From assembly GCA_025464975.1 (NCBI GenBank), contig JAODMT010000010.1, forward strand, positions 27,322-91,321: DNA of 64,000 nt, written 5' to 3'. Under the pieces are notes generated by a model that saw nothing but the letters and a program-made list of their open reading frames with translations, was not told the origin of the DNA and did no database searches. Numbering within the stretch: position 1 is the first letter of the stretch; each line of letters starts with the position of its first letter. The stretch is from Microbacteriaceae bacterium (GTDB taxonomy: Bacteria; Actinomycetota; Actinomycetes; Actinomycetales; Microbacteriaceae). Shown in pieces: positions 28,800-37,197 of this stretch. The translations under genes were made by a program, and so were the position numbers.

Positions 28800-29933
28800 G
28801 TGACTACCAACGAAGCTGTTCGATCCCGTGGGAACGCCGAAGGCGCGACCGGGTCCCGCTCCCCCCGAGGGGGAGCGGGGCCGGCGCGACTTAAATCGCG
28901 CCCGGCAGATCGCATCTTCTTCGGCCTGAGCCTCGGCTCCGCCGCCCTCATCGTGGTCATCCTGGCCGCGGTTGCCACCTTCCTGATCGTGCAGGCCATT
29001 CCCGCGATTACCGCGGATTGGAAGACGAGCCCTGAGCTATCCGCGGGCCCGACCGCGGGGTACGGCAGCTTCTGGAGTTATGTCGCCCCGCTCATCTGGG
29101 GGACCCTCTGGGTCTCCGCGATCGCCCTCGTGATCGGCGCTCCGATCGCGATCGGCATCGCCCTCTTCATCTCGCACTACGCACCGCGCCGTCTCGCCGG
29201 TGTACTCGGCTACCTCATCGACCTTCTCGCCGCCGTTCCCTCGATCGTCTTCGGCCTGTGGGGAATCATCGTGATCCGCCCGCTTCTCTTGCCGCTCACG
29301 GACTGGCTGAACCAGAACCTCGGATGGATTCCCATCTTCGCGGGCAAGCCGTCCACCACCGGATCAACGATTCTCGCCGGCGCGGTCGTGCTCGCCGTGA
29401 TGATCCTTCCGATCATCAGTTCCATCTCGCGGGAGATCTTCCTGCAGACTCCACGGCTACATGAAGAGGCCGCTCTCGCGCTTGGCGCCACCAAGTGGGA
29501 AATGATCAGACTCGCCGTCTTCCCGTACGCGCGCTCCGGTGTAGTGAGCGCAACGCTCCTCGGTCTCGGCCGCGCTCTCGGCGAAACAATGGCGATCGCC
29601 CTCATCATCTCTCCGTCGATCGGGTTCTCGCTACGAATCCTCACCGAGGGTCAGAACTCGCAGACGATCGCGGCCAACATCGCCCTCAACTTCCAGGTCG
29701 CAGACGCTCTGCAGCGCGAGGCACTGATCGGAACTGGCCTCATCCTGTTCGTCATCTCCCTCGCGGTGAACATCGTCGCCCGATTCATCGTGTCGCGGAC
29801 AGGGAAGTCCGGAGGAACCCGACGGCGCGTGCAGCTCGCCCCGCCTGAGGCGGCTAGCCTGCGCGTGGCAAACGATCCCGCGCTGTCCCCGGTGCGTGGA
29901 ACGAGCGACAAGGCCGAAGGAGCGTCGGCGTGA
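28800..29933 (+). CDS. pstC: phosphate ABC transporter permease PstC
   Basis: Multi-TM protein with EAA-type loop EEAALALGATKWEMIRLAVFP. GTG 28800 follows AAGAGA; the listed start at 28698 overlaps pstS. Confidence 0.9.
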   Translation: MTTNEAVRSRGNAEGATGSRSPRGGAGPARLKSRPADRIFFGLSLGSAALIVVILAAVATFLIVQAIPAITADWKTSPELSAGPTAGYGSFWSYVAPLIWGTLWVSAIALVIGAPIAIGIALFISHYAPRRLAGVLGYLIDLLAAVPSIVFGLWGIIVIRPLLLPLTDWLNQNLGWIPIFAGKPSTTGSTILAGAVVLAVMILPIISSISREIFLQTPRLHEEAALALGATKWEMIRLAVFPYARSGVVSATLLGLGRALGETMAIALIISPSIGFSLRILTEGQNSQTIAANIALNFQVADALQREALIGTGLILFVISLAVNIVARFIVSRTGKSGGTRRRVQLAPPEAASLRVANDPALSPVRGTSDKAEGASA

Positions 29934-31036
29934 CCGCGACAGCGCAGAGCAACCGACGGAGCCCGCAAGGCGGAATGGTGAATTCGCTCACCGCCGGCCG
30001 GCTCCCCCGATTCGTCGAGTTCTACGTGCTCGCCGGATCCCTCGTTGTGGTGGGCGGCGCCTTCATGCTCCTCGGCTTCAACCTCGGCGGCTGGATATTC
30101 GTCTCGGTAGTGCTCTACCTCATCGTGCTCGCCGCCCTATCGACACTCGCCGAGAACCGGCGAAAGGCCGTCGATCGCATCGTGCGGAGCGTAGTTACCA
30201 TCGCGTTCCTGCTCGCGATGGCGCCGCTGGTTTCGACTCTGTTCACCGTCGCCGCCAAAGGCATCGCGCAACTGAATTGGGGCTTCATCTCGCAGACGGG
30301 CGGCGCGGTATTCGATCCGCAGACCCTCAAGGTGACGATCACCGCCGGAGCCTGGCAGGCAATCGTTGGCACCCTGGAGATCACCGGAATCGCCACACTG
30401 ATGTCCGTGCCAATCGGAATCCTCACCTCGATTTACCTCGTCGAGTACGCCAAGCCCAAGCAGTGGATGGCGCGAACCGTGACGTTCCTCGTCGACGTGA
30501 TGACCGGCATCCCATCGATCGTCGCCGGACTTTTCGCGTTCTCCCTGTTCACACTCATCGTCGGGCCGAAGGCCTTCAGCGGGTTCTCCGCCTCGGTCGC
30601 CCTGTCCGTACTGATGATCCCCATCGTCGTGCGATCGTGTGAGGAAATGCTTCGGCTCGTGCCGCACGAGCTGCGCGAGGCATCGTTCGCCCTTGGCGTC
30701 TCCCGATTCTCCACCATCATCAAGATCGTGCTGCCGACCGCGATCGCGGGAATCGTCACCGGCGTCATGCTCGCAATCGCCCGCGTCATCGGCGAGACGG
30801 CTCCGATCTTCATGGCGGCGAGCTTCACCGACAACTTCAACGTCAATCCGTTCAACGGGCCGATGCAGACCCTCCCGGTGCTCGCCTACACCGGCATCAA
30901 GTTCCCCGGGCAGGACATCGCCGCCTCCGTCGCCTCGGCGTGGGGCGCCGCACTGCTGCTGGTTATCCTCGTCGTGCTGTTGAATATCATTGCGAGAATC
31001 GTCGCAAGGGTCTTCGCGCCAAAGGGCGCCCGCTAA
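29930..31036 (+). CDS. pstA: phosphate ABC transporter permease PstA
   Basis: Multi-TM protein with loop [21 protein letters not shown]. The GTG overlaps the pstC stop (GTGA). Confidence 0.9.
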   Translation: MTATAQSNRRSPQGGMVNSLTAGRLPRFVEFYVLAGSLVVVGGAFMLLGFNLGGWIFVSVVLYLIVLAALSTLAENRRKAVDRIVRSVVTIAFLLAMAPLVSTLFTVAAKGIAQLNWGFISQTGGAVFDPQTLKVTITAGAWQAIVGTLEITGIATLMSVPIGILTSIYLVEYAKPKQWMARTVTFLVDVMTGIPSIVAGLFAFSLFTLIVGPKAFSGFSASVALSVLMIPIVVRSCEEMLRLVPHELREASFALGVSRFSTIIKIVLPTAIAGIVTGVMLAIARVIGETAPIFMAASFTDNFNVNPFNGPMQTLPVLAYTGIKFPGQDIAASVASAWGAALLLVILVVLLNIIARIVARVFAPKGAR

Positions 31037-31070
31037 CTCCCTCCCGATAGAGAAACACCCAAAGGAAAAC

Positions 31071-31850
31071 GTGTCCAAGCGCATCGAAGTGAACGACTTG
31101 AACGTGTACTACAGCGACTTTCTCGCCGTGGAAGACGTCTCGATCTCGATCGAACCCCGCACTGTTACGGCCCTCATCGGCCCGAGCGGGTGCGGCAAGT
31201 CGACGTTCCTTCGCACCCTCAATCGCATGCACGAGGTGATTCCGGGCGCCAGAGTAGAGGGCGAGGTGCTCATCGACGGCAACAACCTGTACGGCGATGG
31301 GGTCGACCCCGTACTCGTGCGACGCCAGGTTGGAATGGTGTTCCAGCGGGCCAACCCGTTCCCCACGATGTCGATCCGGGACAACGTGCTGGCCGGCGTC
31401 ACGCTCAACAACCGCAAGCTGCCGAAGTCCGAGGCGGACGCCCTGGTGGAACGGTCGCTGCAGGGCGCAAACCTGTGGAACGAGGTGAAGGACCGCCTGG
31501 ATCGACCGGGAATGGGACTCTCCGGCGGCCAACAGCAGCGACTGTGTATCGCGCGGGCGATCGCCGTGCAACCGGACGTGCTGCTCATGGACGAACCGTG
31601 TTCCGCACTCGACCCGATCTCAACCCTCGCGATCGAAGACCTCATCGAGGAGCTCAAGCAGGAGTACACGATCGTGATCGTGACCCACAACATGCAGCAG
31701 GCCTCTCGCGTGAGCGACCGCACCGCATTCTTCAACATCGCGGGAACCGGCAAGCCGGGCAAGCTCATCGAGTACAACGACACCAACACGATCTTCTCGA
31801 AGCCGAGCGTTCGGGCGACGGAAGACTATGTCTCGGGCAAGTTCGGATAG
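31071..31850 (+). CDS. pstB: phosphate ABC transporter ATP-binding protein PstB
   Basis: Walker [10 protein letters not shown], signature LSGGQQQR and Walker [15 protein letters not shown] 31071 follows AAAGGAAAAC. Confidence 0.95.
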   Translation: MSKRIEVNDLNVYYSDFLAVEDVSISIEPRTVTALIGPSGCGKSTFLRTLNRMHEVIPGARVEGEVLIDGNNLYGDGVDPVLVRRQVGMVFQRANPFPTMSIRDNVLAGVTLNNRKLPKSEADALVERSLQGANLWNEVKDRLDRPGMGLSGGQQQRLCIARAIAVQPDVLLMDEPCSALDPISTLAIEDLIEELKQEYTIVIVTHNMQQASRVSDRTAFFNIAGTGKPGKLIEYNDTNTIFSKPSVRATEDYVSGKFG

Positions 31851-31859
31851 CAGTTCGCG

Positions 31860-32672
31860 CTACGCGCTCGGCACCGCGACGATCGGGGCGGTTGTCGGCT
31901 TCTCCGAGCCGCCGGCCGGTTCGATGGTGATGCCGAGCGTGTCGCCGGGCGTCATCGTGCCATCGAGAAGTTCGACGGTGGTACCGGATGACGCCGCGTC
32001 GAAGATGCCCGCCGGCGTCGCTTTCGATTGGGTGTCGATGTACCACAGCTCATAGGTCTTCCCCTGCCCGAGCTGCGGAAGCTGCTGGATCACGACCGCC
32101 GATCGACCGAGCTCCGCCGACCAGACGAAGGTGGCCTTCCCCCCGCCGGACACGCCCGCCTTGGCCTGCTGTGAGTCTGGCGCGGCGTAGATCTGGGTGA
32201 GGTCGGATGCCTGTTGCTCGACCTGTCGCGCCCCGGCGAGCCCAACGATGGTGCCGCCGACGAAGAGCACGACCGCCGCCGCGGCCGCGACGAGAACGGC
32301 GACCGGTCGGGTATACCAGCGTGCCGCGGCCCGGGCCGCAGCCGGGGAGGGGCTCACCGATGGCGTGACCCGAGCCGACTCATCCGGCCCCCTGGGGGCC
32401 TCGGCGTTCGGGACGGCGCGAGAGGTCTCGAGCGGAGCCGATTGCGCGGTGTGGGCGATCTGATCCATCAGGCGGGCCCTGAGGCCGGCCGGAGGGGCGA
32501 CCGGCACGGTGGCAAGGCCAATGGCCACCGCGGTATCGGACAACGACGCAACCTCGGCCCGCGCCTCCTCGGAGGTGCAGAGGTATTCCTCGAACCGCTC
32601 CCTTTCGGGTGCGGTGAGGGCGTCCAGGACGTAGGCCCCGGCGAGGAGGTGCAGTTCTTCGGAATCGGTCAC
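31860..32672 (-). CDS. rskA: anti-sigma-K factor RskA
   Basis: N-terminal anti-sigma region (LLAGAYVLDALTAPERERFEEYL), a central TM helix and a C-terminal RskA-type domain (KTYELWYI). The GTG overlaps the sigK stop (GTGA). Confidence 0.75.
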   Translation of the reverse strand: MTDSEELHLLAGAYVLDALTAPERERFEEYLCTSEEARAEVASLSDTAVAIGLATVPVAPPAGLRARLMDQIAHTAQSAPLETSRAVPNAEAPRGPDESARVTPSVSPSPAAARAAARWYTRPVAVLVAAAAAVVLFVGGTIVGLAGARQVEQQASDLTQIYAAPDSQQAKAGVSGGGKATFVWSAELGRSAVVIQQLPQLGQGKTYELWYIDTQSKATPAGIFDAASSGTTVELLDGTMTPGDTLGITIEPAGGSEKPTTAPIVAVPSA

Positions 32673-33283
32673 GACGCCACCCCCAGTTCGTCGCGCAATC
32701 GAATCATCCCGTCCCGCAGTCGAGTCTTGACCGTGCCGATCGGCACGCTCAGCATGGCGGCGACCTCGCTGTGGCTATATCCGCCGTAGTACGCGAGGGT
32801 GACGGCCTGCCGCTGCAGCTCGGTCAATTGAGACAACGCCTCCTTCACCCTCTCGTTTTCGATAGTGGTCTCGACCGTTTCGGCGACGTTGTCGTACTCG
32901 GCAACGTAATCCCGGATTCCGATCTTGACGTCACGGTCTCTGCCGGACTGTGACGACCTGATCCGGTCGACCGCTCGGCGGTGGGCCATGGTGAGAATCC
33001 AGGTGGTCGCTCCACCCCTACTCGGTTGGTACCTCGTTGCAGACTGCCAGATTTCCAGGAACACCTCCTGAGTGACCTCTTCCGACTGGGCGTGATCGAC
33101 AAGCAGCCGGCGGATCAGGCCGAACACTCTCGGCGAAATCTGGTCGTACAGCTCACCGAACGCCTCCTGGTCGCCCTCGGCGACCCGAGCGAGCAAGGAC
33201 TCCTTGGTCGCCGGTTTGCCCGTGGACTCGAAATCCTCCGGGCGGTCAGTCTCACTGGGCACGAGCCTAAGCATGTCAAACAT
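32669..33283 (-). CDS. sigK: ECF RNA polymerase sigma factor SigK
   Basis: Sigma-70 region 2 (FGELYDQISPRVFGLIRRLLVDHAQSEEVTQEVFLEIW) and region 4 (LTELQRQAVTLAYYGGYSHSEVAAMLSVPIGTVKTRLRDG). ATG 33283 was preferred to the listed 33508. Confidence 0.8.
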   Translation of the reverse strand: MFDMLRLVPSETDRPEDFESTGKPATKESLLARVAEGDQEAFGELYDQISPRVFGLIRRLLVDHAQSEEVTQEVFLEIWQSATRYQPSRGGATTWILTMAHRRAVDRIRSSQSGRDRDVKIGIRDYVAEYDNVAETVETTIENERVKEALSQLTELQRQAVTLAYYGGYSHSEVAAMLSVPIGTVKTRLRDGMIRLRDELGVAS

Positions 33284-33520
33284 TCCGTCAGTAGGTTCGG
33301 TACCGGTCGGGGAATGGTTTGGCCGCGCCCCACGAAAACGGGGCAACTCACAGCAAACACGGCATGGGGAGAGCGGGCTGAGAGAAGGGTGCCGGACCGC
33401 AGAACGCCTCTCGGCGCTTGGCCGCTCGAAGCGGCGAATATTGGAGCCCGGGGTTACTGCGGTCCGGCGGCGGCCCTTTCGAGCCTCAGCAAGTCTATCA
33501 ACAGCCACCCTCGGGTTGGC

Positions 33521-34150
33521 TCAATCGAGCGAACCCGAACGCCACAACCTGGCGCACGCGACGAATTCGGCCGCAGTTTGCGAGAGCCGCAACGCCCTGG
33601 TCGTCAGCTCGGAGGCACGCTCCGGGGAGCCCGCGTCGGCGTCATCCGCCACACTGGTACAGCCGAGTGCGGTGATGCGGCAGAAGGCGGCCGCACGATC
33701 GAGGGCGACCCCGAAGTCGCCCTGAAACAGGCCGCGCAGAATCTGGTCGGCAAGTTCGGTCAGCTCCGCCGGACCGGTCGGGGTTGTCGCTCCGGCGACG
33801 ACCGGGTCGATGGTGGTGGCTATGTCGATTCCGCGCTGGAACAGAAAGCTCATGCCCTGCGAATCCTGTCGAACGAGCGCTCGCATGAGATAGATGCGCC
33901 ACAGCGCACCGGGGAGACTGCGCGGGCTCGCGCGGGCCCACAGCTCGGCGACGGCGTCGATACCGTGCTCGTCGGTGAACGCGACGAGGCGGTCGACAAC
34001 CCCCTGGTCGGAGCTCTCGCGAACCCTGCTCAGCAGAGCCCCAGCGGTCTCGTGAGCCACCCGGCTGATTTGCGCCGGGTCTTCGCCGCCCACGAAGCTC
34101 TCGAACTTTGAGCCGGAGAACTTTGTCGGCTTGTGGAACTCGTCAGTCAT
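33521..34150 (-). CDS. conserved hypothetical protein
   Basis: Coding-like 209-aa frame starting at MTDEFHKPTKF (ATG 34150). No motif recognised. Confidence 0.5.
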   Translation of the reverse strand: MTDEFHKPTKFSGSKFESFVGGEDPAQISRVAHETAGALLSRVRESSDQGVVDRLVAFTDEHGIDAVAELWARASPRSLPGALWRIYLMRALVRQDSQGMSFLFQRGIDIATTIDPVVAGATTPTGPAELTELADQILRGLFQGDFGVALDRAAAFCRITALGCTSVADDADAGSPERASELTTRALRLSQTAAEFVACARLWRSGSLD

Positions 34151-34224
34151 TGATTCCAGCCTAGGCCAGCAGACATCAACCGGCATCGCTCGGACCTCAA
34201 AGAATCCACGGTACATTTAAGTGC

Positions 34225-34297
34225 GGGCCTCTAGCTCAGTTGGTAGAGCATCGGACTTTTAATCCGTGGGTCGTCGGTTCGAGCCCGACGGGGCCCA
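34225..34297 (+). tRNA. tRNA-Lys (anticodon UUU)
   Basis: 73-nt cloverleaf: acceptor GGGCCTC/GGGGCCC, D-arm GCTC-AGTTGGTA-GAGC, anticodon loop CTTTTAA, T-arm GTCGG-TTCGAGC-CCGAC, discriminator A. CCA is not encoded. Confidence 0.95.
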
Positions 34298-34437
34298 CCC
34301 CTTTTCTCTGGGCATGAGTCCTTCGGGCGATACGGGCAACCGCCTTTTCGTGTGTTTCGCCGTCCTAAGCGCGCCAGATCAAAGGTTCCCTCGCGCCTCC
34401 GAGCCGGTGGTTCACCTGGCAGGCCAGACTGATCCCC

Positions 34438-35445
34438 ATGAGCCTTCATTCGGAGCTGGAGCGATTCGAAAAGTTGCTGACGTCTCGGCATCCGGAGCTG
34501 CTCGCGCAGATGAATCCGCCGCTCGACGACGATGGCATCGAGGAGCTACGGCACGCACTTCTACCGCTCCGGCTGACCGACGAAGTAGAGACGATCTACC
34601 GATGGCGAAATGGGGGCCGCCCGCAGATCTTCGGAGGTTTCTGCCTTCGTCCCTTGGACGAGTTGCTGAGCCACCGGGAATTTTGCCTCGCCGAACTCGA
34701 CGAACCGCCAGCGTGGCTTCAACTGCTCAATGACCAGTGCCTCGGGTTCGTAAGCCTGGATGTCCCGGGGCAGCCGCAGGAACCTGGCTTCTGGTACGGC
34801 CATTCCCACGACGTCGACCTATGCCGATTGTTCCTGTCGATTGAATCCCTCGTCGCGACATGTTGCGACGCGGTTGAGGATGGCGTGCTGGAGCACCACC
34901 GCAACGGCCTGTTCATGGGCGAGGTCGCGGGGCTGGCCGACAGGCCGTTCACCCCGTTTCGGACCGCTCGAGAAACCATGACCTACGTCTACCCGGATCC
35001 GCCAGCGGGCACACACCATCAACGACTGCCCGAACCGACGTGGCCGGCCGCCTGGCTCGCCTCGCTGGGGGAAGTCACCGCGGGAGCGCCCCGAGGCGCG
35101 ACCCACACGATCTCGCAACTTCTCGACGATGCCCGCCGGGGTCGACCGGCCGGCACGGTGCATGCGCGGGGCCCATGTGACGCGCGTCTGACGCTATCGG
35201 CACATCTCGGCGGGGCGAGCGGAATCCCAGATCGGATATTAGCTGGGGTCGCCCCTGGGCGGGAGAAGCGGACGCGGAGGCAGCGGCGACGAGTACACGA
35301 CGCTCGTGGTCACACTGCCGAGGGTGCCGATTCTCCCGCTGACCTGCTCGAGGTGACCCATCGAGGTCGCGACGACCTTCATGATGAAGCAGTCATCCCC
35401 CGTGACATGGTGCGCTTCGATTACTTCCGGGGTGTCCGCCAGTAG
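34438..35445 (+). CDS. SMI1/KNR4 (SUKH-1) family protein; 3' end doubtful
   Basis: N-terminal SUKH-like region (IEELRHALLPLRLTDEVETIYRWRNGG). The last ~70 codons are Arg-rich and overlap the convergent lrp gene by 207 nt. The other two frames stop at 35178 and 35189. Confidence 0.5.
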   Translation: MSLHSELERFEKLLTSRHPELLAQMNPPLDDDGIEELRHALLPLRLTDEVETIYRWRNGGRPQIFGGFCLRPLDELLSHREFCLAELDEPPAWLQLLNDQCLGFVSLDVPGQPQEPGFWYGHSHDVDLCRLFLSIESLVATCCDAVEDGVLEHHRNGLFMGEVAGLADRPFTPFRTARETMTYVYPDPPAGTHHQRLPEPTWPAAWLASLGEVTAGAPRGATHTISQLLDDARRGRPAGTVHARGPCDARLTLSAHLGGASGIPDRILAGVAPGREKRTRRQRRRVHDARGHTAEGADSPADLLEVTHRGRDDLHDEAVIPRDMVRFDYFRGVRQ

Positions 35446-35712
35446 CGTGTGCAGCGGCTCGTACACGCTGCTCGGGTAACGCAGCCGCAGGTAGGCCATG
35501 ATCGAGAAGCCCAGCCGCTCGGGGTCGACCAGTGCTCCGTAGCCGCTGATCACTCCCGACTCTTCGAGGCGGCGGACCCGCTCCGCGGCGGCGCTGTGCG
35601 ACATGTTGATGCTGCGCGCGAGATCGGCGATGCTCTGCCGACCGTTTGCTTGCAGCGCCTTGAGGATCGCCGTGTCGACCTTGTCGGGGGCAAAAGGGAA
35701 ATTCGCGGTCAT
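35239..35712 (-). CDS. Lrp/AsnC family transcriptional regulator
   Basis: HTH DTAILKALQANGRQSIADLARSINMSHSAAAERVRRLEESGVI plus an RAM/ACT-like C-terminal domain. ATG 35712. The upstream 219 codons of listed ORF 35239..36372 were rejected. Confidence 0.85.
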   Translation of the reverse strand: MTANFPFAPDKVDTAILKALQANGRQSIADLARSINMSHSAAAERVRRLEESGVISGYGALVDPERLGFSIMAYLRLRYPSSVYEPLHTLLADTPEVIEAHHVTGDDCFIMKVVATSMGHLEQVSGRIGTLGSVTTSVVYSSPLPPRPLLPPRGDPS

Positions 35713-35805
35713 CCCGGCATCATTCCACGGTTCTCGCGCTGATCGCCCACGGACACCGTCGATCGCCCCTTCACCTGGCCATGACGCCGTGGATAGCCTC
35801 CCTCT

Positions 35806-36249
35806 ATGCCAATCACCGCCGAAGCCACGAGCCTTGCCGCCGCCCATTTCGCCGACAAGCTGCGGTTCGAAACCGATCCTTCCGACGTGCACGCCGACTT
35901 CGAGAGCGGGGAGCGATTCGCCCTCATCGACTCTCGAGGCGATGCCGCCTGGCACCAGGGTCGCATCACCGGCGCGACCCACATGACCACCGCCACCATT
36001 GCCCAACGCGCTCCCGAGGAGATCCCGCTCGACATGGCCGTCGTCACCTATTGCTGGGGCCCCGGCTGCAATGGCTCGACACGCGCCGCGTTGGCGTTCG
36101 CGCAGCTCGGATACCAGGTCAGAGAAATGATCGGCGGATACGAGTACTGGGCACGCGAAGGCTACCCGACCGAGAATGACCACGGCCGCATCGACCGGGC
36201 TAAGGACGAGCTGACAGCGCCACTCGGCACTATTGCCTGCGACTGCTGA
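35806..36249 (+). CDS. rhodanese-like sulfurtransferase domain protein
   Basis: Active-site loop VVTYCWGPGCNGSTRAA within a rhodanese fold. Divergent from the Lrp regulator. Confidence 0.8.
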   Translation: MPITAEATSLAAAHFADKLRFETDPSDVHADFESGERFALIDSRGDAAWHQGRITGATHMTTATIAQRAPEEIPLDMAVVTYCWGPGCNGSTRAALAFAQLGYQVREMIGGYEYWAREGYPTENDHGRIDRAKDELTAPLGTIACDC

Positions 36250-36426
36250 CCAGGTTCTGCTTCCCTCACACAAATCGGCTTCTTCTCTGCCGTGCGGTCG
36301 TCGGCCCCGCATGCGCGACAAAATTGGTAACAATAGAGACAAACATGAGCGTTCCCCCTTTTTCCGCGGCAACTCGATCCCTAGGCTCGAGTCCTCAGTT
36401 CACCGCCGGACGGGAAAAGGGGCCCC

Positions 36427-37074
36427 ATGGTCATCCGCAGATTCGCGGTCGTCGCGTTCACGCTCGGAGCGCTCGCCCTCACCGGCTGCTCACCGACGCC
36501 GACGCCACCCTCGAGCTCGCCACGACCCGGTTCGGCCTCGCCGAGTTCGGCACCCTCCAGTTCAGCGGCGCCGGCCTCCCCGCACACGACGACTTCGCGT
36601 GTCGTCATCCCGAAGGATTGCCGGAGCCTCGTGAGCAAAGCGGACTACGGCAGTGTCTTCGGCGATACCCCGCTGAACGACCCGGCGATGTTGGATGGCG
36701 GAACGCCGTCTGGGCACGTGACACCGTCCGCGCCGCCACCCGGAGCGAGCCAGGCCGAAGTGCTCCAAAGCGCCACGGAGCTGATCTGCATCTGGAGGGA
36801 CCCGGCGGCCGACATCACCGGCCTGCAGGTGACCGTTGCCCGGGTCGACCCGGCAGTCGCCAAGGCCTATCTTGCCGGGCTGACGGCCAAGGGGTACACC
36901 TGCGGTGAAGCTCACAGCGGTCTGCGCTGTGGCCTGATCAAGCCGAACGCCACCTACCCCGTGGACGAGGGCTACACCAGCTTCCTCCGGGACGACATCT
37001 ACATCGACGTGAGCCAGGCGAACTTTCCCACCAACGACCTGATCGGCAAGATCGTGGGGACGCTCTGGGGCTAG
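36427..37074 (+). CDS. lipoprotein, unknown function
   Basis: Signal/lipobox FAVVAFTLGALALTGCS followed by a Pro/Ser-rich linker and a globular domain with 4 Cys. Confidence 0.6.
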   Translation: MVIRRFAVVAFTLGALALTGCSPTPTPPSSSPRPGSASPSSAPSSSAAPASPHTTTSRVVIPKDCRSLVSKADYGSVFGDTPLNDPAMLDGGTPSGHVTPSAPPPGASQAEVLQSATELICIWRDPAADITGLQVTVARVDPAVAKAYLAGLTAKGYTCGEAHSGLRCGLIKPNATYPVDEGYTSFLRDDIYIDVSQANFPTNDLIGKIVGTLWG

Positions 37075-37197
37075 GCGGCGAATTGCGCGGCGATCGTCGT
37101 CCGGCAAGTCGCCGGGGCAGAACGGATGTGATCGAACAATCCCTTAGCATGAGCGAGTGCGTGTTTTCCCGACGGTCCCTCACTTCGTGACTCACTC

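Noticed and set aside
27476-28999. 507-aa ORF antisense to pstS
   Set aside because: It is a shadow ORF. PstS, with its lipobox and binding motifs, occupies the opposite strand.
36290-36304. Possible attR-like remnant of tRNA-Lys that would delimit a 2-kb islet (SMI1/KNR4, lrp, rhodanese)
   Set aside because: CCGTGCGGTCGTCGG matches tRNA positions 34264-34277 (CCGTGGGTCGTCGG) only with a 1-nt gap. It lacks the T-loop and acceptor 3' end that integrase att cores normally include. There is no integrase or excisionase. The match is short enough to be chance in GC-rich DNA.
35713-36372. N-terminal 219 codons of the listed 377-aa ORF 35239..36372
   Set aside because: Only the C-terminal 158 codons, from ATG 35712, form the Lrp/AsnC protein. 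The upstream part runs antisense through the rhodanese gene and is low-complexity.
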